A stretch of 63,991 nucleotides of DNA, filler included, from a bacterium (GTDB lineage Bacteria > JALSQH01), in assembly GCA_027004335.1 (NCBI GenBank). It is 13 parts of 13 records of this genome, joined end to end, with 100 filler letters (N's around TTAATTAATTAA, not from the genome) between each part and the next. Parts side by side here need not be neighbours in the genome. Positions count along the whole stretch, not along the records: positions 36,570 to 44,114 come from JALTID010000196.1; positions 44,215 to 46,706 come from JALTID010000197.1; positions 46,807 to 49,293 come from JALTID010000198.1; positions 49,394 to 56,777 come from JALTID010000199.1; 9 more parts are not named here. One strand, written 5' to 3'. The translations under genes and the position numbers were made by a program. Of the stretch, positions 42,169 through 52,176 are shown piece after piece. A model generated the notes under the pieces. That model saw only the letters and a program-made list of their open reading frames with translations. It was not told the DNA's origin and did not search any database. Each line of letters opens with the position of its first letter. Within the stretch, counting starts at the first letter, position 1.

Positions 42169-42197
42169 AAGATAGCAATTTTTGACGGAGATGTCAA
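42169..42197 (-). promoter_or_regulatory. sigma70 promoter for the SDR gene
   Basis: minus strand TTGACA, 17 bp spacer, extended -10 TGcTATCTT. Confidence 0.65.
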
Positions 42198-42612
42198 TAT
42201 TTATTACCAATTTTCTCATATATGGGCACATACATACTGACCTCTTTTATATTTTAAATAGAGTAAAAAAATTAAGGGCTTGGATATGTGAGGTTAGAAA
42301 AGTACATAGAAATACAGATCTGGAAAATAAAATATGTGCTAAGAAGATATGCAAGTAATTACAGGAAGAAAAAAATTCAGGAATGGAGTAACACTATTCG
42401 GTACAGGAGAAATGGGAAAATTCCTTTCTCCAAACTTAAGAATTATAATAGCTTAATAAATCCCAATATAGCTAATTCCCCCGTGTTTCTTATGGGAGAT
42501 ATGTTCAATATTTCACAAACTGCCTTCTTAAATTTAATAAATTTTTTAAATAATTTTATTTATTCTTCTTTAAAGTTTTTAAGAGAGGGAGCAGTATGTT
42601 AGGTCCTAGTGC

Positions 42613-43983
42613 TCAAAAAAAGAGGAAAATTCCCATAAGAAGCAGAATTACCCAGATCTCAGGATAACCTCCTCCCTCACTGCAACCCTCAGATTTAGGA
42701 CTACTCTCCCCTGCAATTAAAAATTTAGGGATAACTGGCTCCTCCCCGTAAGTCTTAACCTTCTCTGAACTATTTACAGAGTATGGTCCAATGAAATATG
42801 AGTGATCCCCATACTCAATAACCTGTAGGTTTATATCTTTTACCACACCGTTATAGGTGAAAGAATAAGTAGTTCCATCTCCCTTTGCGTAAATAATTTT
42901 TCTATTTAACTTAATGAATTTCCCATCAACCCCACCAAAAACATTATATCCAATTATTCCAGTCTCAAAGAGCACTCTCCACTGAAAAATTGTTTTACCA
43001 TCAATAACTTTCATAGATACATTGGACATTTTTACATCCGTAGTACCAGGAGTATCAGAGACCACTGCCCAGTCAGAGGTAGAATCAGAATCAGTACCAT
43101 TGGGAACGCGACTATATGAAGAATGTAAAGGAGAAGTTAAAGGATCCATATAATGTGTAGAAAAATCTGAAGAAAAATTAAAAGGAATGTGGTAAATTCC
43201 CAAGTAGTAATATAATATATTGATATCACACTGATCACTAATATCCCCATTGGTCTCAAAGTGTCCACCAAAAGTTGGATATTCATAGAAGGTGCCATTA
43301 CTGATAGCTCCACAATGGTTGGGATGTTCATTATAGTTACCATTACCATTACTGGGATCCCACCCAACATAATCCATTACAAGCCAGATATATCCTTCTT
43401 CAGTTTTATTCCCATTATTGTCATAAGCTCTATAAAAGAAATATGGTATTAGAGATACATCATCACCATCCTGGATAAATACATCTTGATTGTCATATCC
43501 CATATATAATCTAATTACATTATCACCATCACAGGAATAATCGTTGTTGCCTGAAGTAGAATAAATAACCACATAACAGCCTGGATCCACATAGAGAGTA
43601 TAATCATTACTACAATCGGTGTCTGTTGTTGTGGCAGGATCATATGGGATCATATAGAGACAATCATTACCGGATGGGATACTGTTATGGCAGTGGGGAT
43701 ATGAAGTATCATTATAGCTTTCACCATTTTTCCAGATTATAAGATTATTATCCACATTATCCCAATCAGTATCGTTTTGATTATTCAATATCCAGTAAGC
43801 TATGTCTACAGGTTGGGTGGCTTTATTATAAAGCTCTACCCAATCTGGATTTGAAGTAGTCCCATCACCTTTTGGTTGGACCTCATTTATTACGATTCCT
43901 TTTCCGTCTCCAATGTATGAGTAAAGAGGAACAGAGATAAAAAATAAATAGAGAAGGTAAACATATTTAATCCGCCCTTTCAT
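42613..43983 (-). CDS. secreted lamin-tail-domain protein with C-terminal GC-motif/TM anchor
   Basis: signal peptide, IVINEV...DWVELYN, DTPG, C-terminal EGCSEGGG plus hydrophobic helix. Confidence 0.75.
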   Translation of the reverse strand: MKGRIKYVYLLYLFFISVPLYSYIGDGKGIVINEVQPKGDGTTSNPDWVELYNKATQPVDIAYWILNNQNDTDWDNVDNNLIIWKNGESYNDTSYPHCHNSIPSGNDCLYMIPYDPATTTDTDCSNDYTLYVDPGCYVVIYSTSGNNDYSCDGDNVIRLYMGYDNQDVFIQDGDDVSLIPYFFYRAYDNNGNKTEEGYIWLVMDYVGWDPSNGNGNYNEHPNHCGAISNGTFYEYPTFGGHFETNGDISDQCDINILYYYLGIYHIPFNFSSDFSTHYMDPLTSPLHSSYSRVPNGTDSDSTSDWAVVSDTPGTTDVKMSNVSMKVIDGKTIFQWRVLFETGIIGYNVFGGVDGKFIKLNRKIIYAKGDGTTYSFTYNGVVKDINLQVIEYGDHSYFIGPYSVNSSEKVKTYGEEPVIPKFLIAGESSPKSEGCSEGGGYPEIWVILLLMGIFLFF

Positions 43984-44026
43984 TACCACCCCATTGAAAC
44001 TACTATACAAAAGAATTTATTGCCTA

Positions 44027-44054
44027 ATTATACAGGAATTATTCTTTATGTCAA
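44027..44054 (-). promoter_or_regulatory. near-consensus sigma70 promoter for the lamin-tail gene
   Basis: minus strand TTGACA, 16 bp spacer, TATAAT. Confidence 0.6.
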
Positions 44055-44244
44055 GTGATTTTTATCTTTAAATTTCAAAGACTTACCAACAATTCTTCCT
44101 TCCTTTTTAAAAAANNNNNNNNNNNNNNNNNNNNNNNNNNNNNNNNNNNNNNNNNNNNTTAATTAATTAANNNNNNNNNNNNNNNNNNNNNNNNNNNNNN
44201 NNNNNNNNNNNNNNAAAATTTTTTTTAACCCCTCTATGATTCAT

Positions 44245-44272
44245 TTGACTGACATTCAATATTGTTTATAAT
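44245..44272 (+). promoter_or_regulatory. sigma70 promoter for rpmB
   Basis: TTGACT, 16 bp spacer, TATAAT. Confidence 0.55.
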
Positions 44273-44313
44273 TTAATCTAAACATAAAAACTCTTCTCCG
44301 GAGGAAGTTGAAA

Positions 44314-44502
44314 ATGGCAAAGAAATGTTATATATGTGGAAAAGGCCCTCAGAGAGGTTACAGGGTAAGTCATGCTCACAATAGAAACAAAGCTGTATGG
44401 TATCCAAATTTACAGAAGGTAAGAATTCTTGTAAATGGCAAGCCAAAGAAAGTTTATGTATGCACCAGTTGCCTCAAAGCAGGGAAAGTCGTCAAAATTT
44501 AA
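44314..44502 (+). CDS. rpmB: 50S ribosomal protein L28
   Basis: CYICGK, VSHAHN, PNLQKVR, VCTSCLK. Confidence 0.95.
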   Translation: MAKKCYICGKGPQRGYRVSHAHNRNKAVWYPNLQKVRILVNGKPKKVYVCTSCLKAGKVVKI

Positions 44503-46692
44503 TGAATAGAGCTATCCCTTATCTCAGATACACTTTCCATCCCCTGAATTTCAGATAGTAGCATTTGAGCTGATTCCAGATTCGGCGTTTCAAAAATTAT
44601 TATTCCAATACTTTTGCCCTTGCTCCTGGGATGAAAAGAGATCCCCTTTATGTTTATATTTTTTGATGCAGCAACAGTGGCTATATCCTTTAACACTCCA
44701 GGACGATCCTCTGCCTCCACAATTACCTTAACTTCTTTCTTCTCACCCTCATCAGAGCCACCCCAGCTTGCAAGTATCATCCTGCCGGGGTCAAGATGCT
44801 GGAGCTCTCTACAATCCAGTCTATGAACAGTAATACTTCTGGTGCTCTTATTTATATAACCAATGATCAGATCCCCGGGCCTGGGATTGCAGGTCTTACA
44901 GAATCTGTAGGTCATCCCCTCAAATCCCTCAATTCTGACTTTTCCACGGGGAATTATTTTTCTGGGCTTACGGAGTAATTTTTTCTTGTCCGATTTACCA
45001 AGAATCTGTAAAATCATATTTCGTAGGTGAGCTTCTTTAATATTGCTTCTCCCTATCATAATTAAAAATGTTTCTACATCCCCGATTTTCTGGCTCTCCA
45101 TAAATCGCTTGAATNNNNNNNNNNCTTTTTAAAATTGATTTCCCAATATTCACATATTCATCAAGATTTTCTCTGAAAAGAGCTCTTCTAATTCTGTTTC
45201 TGGCCTTCCTTGTCCTTGCAAACCTCAACCATTCATAAGACGGTTTCTTATTAGAATCAGTCATTATTTCAACTGTCTCGCCATTTTTCAGAATATAATC
45301 CAGAGGCCTTATAACTCCATCAACCTTAGCTCCCCTGCAATGATTCCCTACTTCGGAGTGAATTGCATAGGCAAAATCAACAGGAGTTGAACCTGGCGGT
45401 AAATCTATCGGCTTTCCCCTGGGAGTATAAGTTCTTATATATTCCTTATATTTTTTAAATTCTTCTTCAATTCTCTCTCTGAAAGATGAATCACTTTCTT
45501 CTTTCAAAGCTTCATCAATTATTTTTCTCACTCCGTTGATCATTTTCATCTCTTTTTCAGGAATTTTCCCCGACTCAAACTTGTATGCCCAGTGAGAAGC
45601 AAAACCATATTCTGCAAACTCATGCATTTCCCAGTCTCTGATTTGAATCTCCATTTTCTTTCCGTCAGGACCAATTACGATCACATGGTAAGATTGATAC
45701 CCGTTGGGTTTTGGGTTACTTATATAATCTTTAACTTCAACAACCATCCAGAGCCTTGCCACAACAGAATAAGCTAAATAAATATCGTCCCTTCTGTTAA
45801 CAATGATCCTTATCCCTATAATATCATGCACATCTCTCGCATTCTCTATATTTATTCCTCTTCTTATCAACTTGGAATATATCCCATAAAAGTGTTTTAT
45901 TCTGCTCTCCACAGTTGCTTTTACATCTGCAGCCTCTAACTCCTCTCCAACAACTTTTTTAGCCTGCTCCATTACGGGCATTCTTTCATTATTGTACTCT
46001 CTAAGAACCTCTTTGAGTTTTTTAAACTTATCTGGATAAAGAACCTTGAAACTCAGGTCTTCCAGTTCATTCCTGATCTGATAAAGACCATAAAGATGAG
46101 CAAGGGGAGCAAAAATGTTGAGGGTTTCCTCAGCGATAACCTTTTGCTTCTCCTCCCTCATAAATTCAATGGTCCTCATATTGTGGAGTCTATCTGCAAG
46201 CTTAATAAAAACCACCCGAGGATCTTCTGCCACTGCCTGGAGGACTTCCTTTATTTTTACTGTTCTTTTCTTAAGATAGTCCTCTGATTTCGCATTGGGT
46301 AAATAGCTAACTCCCTTTACAAGTTTCCGAATTTCTTCTGCTTGTATTTCTCTTTTTTCCTTTAACTTATCGGGGGGAAAACACTTACATAAAAGTTCAT
46401 TTTCATCAAGTTCAGATAGGTACTGTACCAGTTTTTCTTCCGTCACAGAGGTATCCTCAAGAACATCATGAAGAAGCCCCGCAGCAATAACCACAGCATC
46501 CATTCCCAGTTTAGCAAGAATATCAGCAACATAGAGTGGATGAACTATATAATAACTCCCATCCAGCCTGACCTGTTTTGCATGAGCAGTGTATGCAAAA
46601 GTGTAAGCTTTATCAACAAGAAGAAGATCTTCTGGAGCAACATTTTCTGAAAGTTTTTCTTTTATGTCATCAATTCTTATAGGTAACGGCAT
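44499..46692 (-). CDS. rel: long RSH (p)ppGpp synthetase/hydrolase; single gene, apparent frameshift at N gap 45115-45124
   Basis: HP...LLHDVLED, KLADRLHNMRT, synthetase DYISNPKPNGYQSYH, TGS DFAYAIHS, CKTCNPRPGD, ACT DRPGVL. Confidence 0.92.
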
Positions 46693-46806
46693 ATATGGCC
46701 CTACTTNNNNNNNNNNNNNNNNNNNNNNNNNNNNNNNNNNNNNNNNNNNNTTAATTAATTAANNNNNNNNNNNNNNNNNNNNNNNNNNNNNNNNNNNNNN
46801 NNNNNN

Positions 46807-47231
46807 ATCCCCACAAATCCTCTATAAGCAATCCTGTGAGCCTCTGCAAATGAAAGTTTCTGATCCCTGATAACAACCTGAGCAATATGTATCATAAGTC
46901 CGAGAATGATCTTGGAAAATTCAACACTATCAACCTCTCTCCTGATAAAACCAAGATTAACTGCCATCTCTACAGGATGAGAAATCTCTTCAGCTATTTT
47001 GCTAAATTCCTTCCATACTACATTATCTATCTCATCATCAGTGCCATAGAACCCTTTTATCAATGCCATGAATGTATCCCTGTTGCCTTCTATTAAGCCA
47101 AAAAAAGTTCTAAGATTTTTGTTAATATACCCTAACACCTCTTTGAGAGAAGTTGTTTCTCCTATACTGCACTGGGTTCTGATTGTTTCCACACAAAAAT
47201 CAGATATACTTCCTAATATTTTCTCATACGC
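46807..47231 (-). pseudogene. TetR-like regulator C-terminal part, N-terminal HTH missing
   Basis: helical segment AYEKILGSISDF...GFIRREVD...; in-frame stop just upstream, no HTH. Confidence 0.45.
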
Positions 47232-47814
47232 CCATGCTAACTATTTTTTTAACAATTTTAAACATCCAGAGATCCCCATTAAGCCACTAAGCTATCCAGA
47301 TATCTCTCAATTTGACAGAGTAGTAATTGGATCCCCAAAACACGCTGTTCTTTCATATGCAGTAACAAGATATTTAAAGACAGTAAAGGGAATAAAAAAT
47401 CAGAAAATTGGCTTCTTCGCAACTTTCGGCGGGCCACCATTGAGAAGATTTGAACTTGAAACAATTTTTAGAACAGCAGGAAATATAATCACAAGAAGGG
47501 GAGGAAAACTTGTAACTACTCTGGGGCTCAGCACCGCCTTTCACGAGTATCATATTATGGCTATTTTTAATCTAATATCAAAAATTCGCTTTGGGTTACC
47601 AACATCAGCTTTTACAATTGAAACAGAATATGGTAAAAAACTATTGGAAGTTTTCATTGAAAATTTGATAAATGGAAGCGGAGATGTAATGGCAGAAAAA
47701 GGATGGTACAATTATTCAGAGAGAGGTATCCCTTTTGTTGCCAATAGAGGAGAAAGCAGGGTAACCGAGTTTCTTACAAAATTTTTCAAAAAGGGGGAAG
47801 AGAAAGATGGATAA
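47227..47814 (+). pseudogene. flavodoxin-like protein lacking its N-terminus
   Basis: DISQFDRVVIGSP, KIGFFATFGG; no N-terminal FMN phosphate-binding loop. Confidence 0.55.
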
Positions 47815-47952
47815 ATGCCCTTATTTTTCTAATTGTTGTTCCAGGAACAATCCTTATGCTTTTATCATGGGGATTTATACCCTTTTACAAAAATTGGAGG
47901 GAGGGATAAAATCTAAGAAGGAATTTAACATAATTAAACATAGGAGGTAAAA

Positions 47953-48885
47953 ATGTACTTCAGGTACAAAAAAGGATTAAAATGGGTCAATGAACAGCTT
48001 CAAAAGCTGCCGACAACCACTATCTCACCGGAAGAGTTAGGGGAAGTAGATAAGTTAAAAATCATTTTTCTAATTGACTACTACACAGTTGATAACAGAT
48101 TTAAAGGAGAAGCAGGGGTTTCATATTATATAACAGCAGATGGATTCAGAATCCTCTTTGACACAGGATTCAATACAAAAAAAGAAGAACCTTCCCCATT
48201 GCTCAGGAATGCACAGCTCATGGGATTAAAATTCCCCGATGACACTGATATAATTGTAATTTCTCATATGCACCTTGATCACATTGGAGGAATTAAAAAT
48301 CAGCTAAAAAGAACATTTTCATTGTCCAAGAAAGATTTAGACTTAACCGGAATTAAAGCCTATGTCCCGGTTCCTATGACCCATCCCACAGCAGAAGTTA
48401 TTCTTAATCAAGCACCAACAACTCTCCACAGAGGAGTTCTTGTAACAGATCCACTACCCTCAATGCTCTACTTTATGGGTAGAACCCCTGAAGAGGCACT
48501 GGTGGTAAATTTAAAAGATAAAGGACTTGTAGCACTGGTAGGATGTGGACATCAAAAAGTTCAGAACCTTTTAAATTACCTTGAAAAACTTATACCAATA
48601 CCTGTTTATGCTGTGATTGGAGGGGTGCATCTGCCAGTTACTCAGAGTCGTGAGGTAAGATTGGGACTCCCCATGCAGAAATTCCTCGGAACGGGAAAGC
48701 CACCATGGAACCCTCCCAGCAAAGAGGATGTGGAAGAACTTGTCAAGTTTCTCAAAAGTAAAAATGTGCAGAAGGTAGGTATCTCTGCGCACGACTCATG
48801 TGATTACACAATAAACAGATTCAAAGAAGAGTGGAAGGACAATTACATTGACATTAAAGTCGGAAAAGAAGTAACATTGGAATAG
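47953..48885 (+). CDS. MBL-fold metallo-hydrolase
   Basis: LFDTG, SHMHLDHIGG, GCGH, GGVH, AHD; GGAGG RBS. Confidence 0.87.
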   Translation: MYFRYKKGLKWVNEQLQKLPTTTISPEELGEVDKLKIIFLIDYYTVDNRFKGEAGVSYYITADGFRILFDTGFNTKKEEPSPLLRNAQLMGLKFPDDTDIIVISHMHLDHIGGIKNQLKRTFSLSKKDLDLTGIKAYVPVPMTHPTAEVILNQAPTTLHRGVLVTDPLPSMLYFMGRTPEEALVVNLKDKGLVALVGCGHQKVQNLLNYLEKLIPIPVYAVIGGVHLPVTQSREVRLGLPMQKFLGTGKPPWNPPSKEDVEELVKFLKSKNVQKVGISAHDSCDYTINRFKEEWKDNYIDIKVGKEVTLE

Positions 48886-48894
48886 GAGGAAAAA

Positions 48895-49293
48895 ATGTGG
48901 AAAAGGAGAATAGATTTTATAGTAGCAATTTTTTTCATCTCGCTGTTTTTACTCCAGATCCCCCTGTTTAGTTTTGATGAAAGTTATGAAGAAGTGCTAA
49001 ATAAAGCAAAGAACTACTATAATAAAAATATTCACACATACTATGCCTTTGTAATTGTTCAGGAAAAACATGGAGGTAAACTCAGAGAAAAAGAGAGGGT
49101 AAGACTCTTCTTCAGAAAAAAACCAGAGGGACAGTACTACCAATTTATGAAAGGGAAATTTGAGGGGTTACGGGTAAGTTATGTCCCATCCCGCGATGGT
49201 AGAACAAATTTTATGGCAAAAGAAACAGGCTGGAGAGGGCTAATTGGTGTAAAAAAGTGGGGATTTCATAGTATTATCAAAAGGGTTCTTTAT
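48895..49293 (+). CDS. exported hypothetical protein (DUF1571/LolA-like?), truncated
   Basis: signal peptide, beta-rich; cut by linker. Confidence 0.5.
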
Positions 49294-49393
49294 NNNNNNN
49301 NNNNNNNNNNNNNNNNNNNNNNNNNNNNNNNNNNNNNTTAATTAATTAANNNNNNNNNNNNNNNNNNNNNNNNNNNNNNNNNNNNNNNNNNNN

Positions 49394-50462
49394 CATAAGT
49401 TGCATGGATAAGTTTAACAAGATCAGATCTCCTTACCACAACATCTTCATTAAACCTGTTGGGTTTTACCTTTCCCAGAGAAGCAGAAATAGATCTTCTG
49501 ATACTCCAGAAAGTTTCCCTCTCCTCTTCTGTTCCTGCTCTTTTCCATTTTATCCTTTTGCGGTCAAAATACTCAGTCATCATTCCTGCCCATTCTCTCA
49601 CATCCCCTCTGTTCCCCATATTTTCTAAAAGAATCGCACCATTGACTCCCGGGAAATTCAAGCCCAGATATGATTCAACCGCTCTAAGCGAATAACCATC
49701 AATGAATTCAAGAGTGGATGGCAACCCGGCAGAGAGAATTGCCGGCACATGAGAAATCGCCTCTTCGGGGGAAGAAAATTCAAGGAAAAAGGTTTCATGA
49801 AAAAGGGGAAGAGGGATCAACTTCAGGGTGATCTCAGTGATAAGTCCCAGAGTCCCTTCAGATCCTACAAAAAGTCTTGTGAGATCATATCCCGCAACAT
49901 CTTTTATAGTCTTGCTTCCAGTATGTATTATGCTTCCATCAGGGAGAACAATTTCAAGAGCCATAACATAGTCTCTGGTAACACCATATTTCACAGCTAT
50001 GAGACCCCCAGCATTTTCTGCTACATTCCCACCAATGGAAGAAATCTTCCTGCTGGCAGGGTCAGGAGGATAAAATAAGCCCAATTTTTCAACCTCTTCA
50101 TGAATTTTTGAAGTTATTACCCCAGGCTGGACCACCGCAAAATGATCAACAGTGTTGATTTCAATAATTGAATTCATCTTTTCAAAAGAAACTACAACTC
50201 CCCCCTTAACTGGCAAGGCTCCCCCACTCATCCCACTTCCAGCTCCTCTTGGGGTAACAGGTACTCTATATTCAGTAGCTAACTTCATTATTCCCACTAC
50301 CTCTTCTCTGTTTTCAGGGAAAATCACTGCAGCCGGAGGATATTCAAGATTTGTAGCATCATAGGAATAAAGCATTCTATCGGGTAATTTTGTTTTTATC
50401 CTTTCTGGAGACAAAATATTCCTGAGGTTGAGAAGGAAAGAATCAATTTTTAAATTATCCAT
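49394..50462 (-). CDS. FAD-linked oxidase (GlcD/D-lactate dehydrogenase-like), 3' truncated
   Basis: PRGAGSGMSGG, YPPDPAS, GGNVAENAGG, GSEGTLG. Confidence 0.9.
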
Positions 50463-50464
50463 TT

Positions 50465-51052
50465 CTACATTACTTTTTTATAGTAAGTTACAAAATCGAT
50501 CCCGGGATTATCTCCAAGGAGCATCTTTTTCATTTTTAAAAAAATCTCCGCAGTAGCAAGAGCATCTCCAAGGGCTCTATGCCGCCCCTCATCAAACCTA
50601 ACATTAAAATAATGAGCAAGTGAATCAAGGTTATTCCTCTGAAGATTAAGGAGCTTCCGCGAGAGGCTTAGGGTGCATATCCCACGGGGAGGAAGAGCTT
50701 TACCAACAAGTTCAAATTCCCCTTTCAGGAAACTATAATCAAAAGGGAAATTATGTGCCACCATGTAGTTGTCCCCGATAAAAGCATAGAGTACTTCTGC
50801 TATTTCTTCAAAAGTGGGGGCATCAAGAAGCATTTCAGAAGTTATGCCTGTTATAGATACAATTTTTTCTGGGATCCTCTTACCAGGATTAACAAGAGCT
50901 GTATATTGATCTGTGATCCTGCTATCTTCCACCCTTACTGCACCAACTTCAATTATCCTCGCACCTTCTTTAAAACTCAAACCAGTGGTTTCCACATCAA
51001 CTACTACATAAATTTCTCTGGGAACAATATCAAATTCAAGCTGCTTTTGCAC
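50465..51052 (-). CDS. DEDDh 3'-5' exonuclease (Pol III epsilon-like)
   Basis: VDVETTG, AHNFPFD, HRALGDA; start placed at GTG. Confidence 0.88.
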   Translation of the reverse strand: MQKQLEFDIVPREIYVVVDVETTGLSFKEGARIIEVGAVRVEDSRITDQYTALVNPGKRIPEKIVSITGITSEMLLDAPTFEEIAEVLYAFIGDNYMVAHNFPFDYSFLKGEFELVGKALPPRGICTLSLSRKLLNLQRNNLDSLAHYFNVRFDEGRHRALGDALATAEIFLKMKKMLLGDNPGIDFVTYYKKVM

Positions 51053-52124
51053 CAATCTTCTCCGATCTTTCTCCCAACCAGGCCGAGAGAGGTTTCCATA
51101 CATGTTCTGGAGCCTCAGAACCTGCCACGAGTCCTATATGACCAAGTGGCACATACTTCAGCTCCACAGTACTGTTTTGTAGAAAATCCTTTACAGCTTC
51201 TACTGAAGAAGGAGGAGCAATAATATCTTCTGTCCCCACAAAAGCCAAGACATCAGTTCTTATCTCCTTTAGATCAACATAACTTCCCTTTATCTTCAAC
51301 TGACCCTTCCTCAATTTATCATCTTTAATAAAGTCACTAACAAATTGTTTAAAAGCCTCCCCCGGATAGGGAATAAAATCCTCAATCCAGTCGTTTATGG
51401 TTTCATAAGCAGCAACCCACTCCCTATCCCAATAATTTTTGACAAGGGTAAAATATCTCTGAATATTTTTGGCAGGGGTAAGAATTCTGAACCCATTTTT
51501 AGTAATGAAGGGCGGAATATTACCCATGAGATCAATTGCTCTTTTTACTACAGGTAGTTTTATAAATTTTGCCAGTACATTAAAGGGGAACATCTTGCTG
51601 TAATCAACTGGGGAACCAATTACAACAAGATTTTTAACATAGAGGTTATTAAAAAGAGCAGTATAGAGGATGCTCATAATTCCTCCCATACTCCACCCAA
51701 TAAGACTCACACCGTCAGCTCCAGTCAACTCTACTATTTTTCTAATAGCTTCGGGTATAAATTCTGAAACATAATGATCCACACTAATATATTTATCATG
51801 CTTTTGAGGAATACCGAAATCCACCATAAAAACATTAAAACCCTGGCTAACAAGAAAACCGACCATTGAATGCCCTGGGCGGAGATCAAAAATTGTGGGT
51901 TTAACCATAAGAGGAGGGACAATAAGAATAGGAATTCTGTACTGAGGAGGTCTCATGGAAGAATAGTATCTAATAAGAGTTGATTTTTCCCACATCCAGA
52001 CAATCTCATGGAGAGTCTCCACCGGGATCGTAAGAGGACCAAGGAGAATTCTTTCAATAATATTAACAGCACGCCATATATTTTTATGCGCTTCAGGATG
52101 AGCAGACACCCCTTTTGTTTCCAT
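51036..52124 (-). CDS. PhaC-like alpha/beta hydrolase with Ser nucleophile
   Basis: PILIVPPL, FDLRPGHS, GWSMGG, GTEDIIAP, GHIGL. Confidence 0.8.
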   Translation of the reverse strand: METKGVSAHPEAHKNIWRAVNIIERILLGPLTIPVETLHEIVWMWEKSTLIRYYSSMRPPQYRIPILIVPPLMVKPTIFDLRPGHSMVGFLVSQGFNVFMVDFGIPQKHDKYISVDHYVSEFIPEAIRKIVELTGADGVSLIGWSMGGIMSILYTALFNNLYVKNLVVIGSPVDYSKMFPFNVLAKFIKLPVVKRAIDLMGNIPPFITKNGFRILTPAKNIQRYFTLVKNYWDREWVAAYETINDWIEDFIPYPGEAFKQFVSDFIKDDKLRKGQLKIKGSYVDLKEIRTDVLAFVGTEDIIAPPSSVEAVKDFLQNSTVELKYVPLGHIGLVAGSEAPEHVWKPLSAWLGERSEKIGAKAA

Positions 52125-52176
52125 TTGCAAAAAACTCCTTTCTTCTATATTATATAGCAAGTAGAGGATTCTACCA

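Noticed and set aside
42182..42197. TTGAC-N6-GTCAA as an FNR/CRP-type site
   Set aside because: Spacer does not fit FNR (N4), and one arm is the TTGACA -35 of the SDR promoter.
42288..42602. 104-aa plus-strand ORF between the SDR and lamin-tail genes
   Set aside because: Very AT-rich, N/K/I/F-biased, no recognisable motif; probably spurious.
42613..42615. Selenocysteine recoding of the lamin-tail gene TGA
   Set aside because: No convincing SECIS hairpin downstream and no redox-motif context.
44499..46692. rel as two genes or a pseudogene
   Set aside because: The frame change coincides with the 10-N gap at 45115-45124, and domain order is that of one intact gene.
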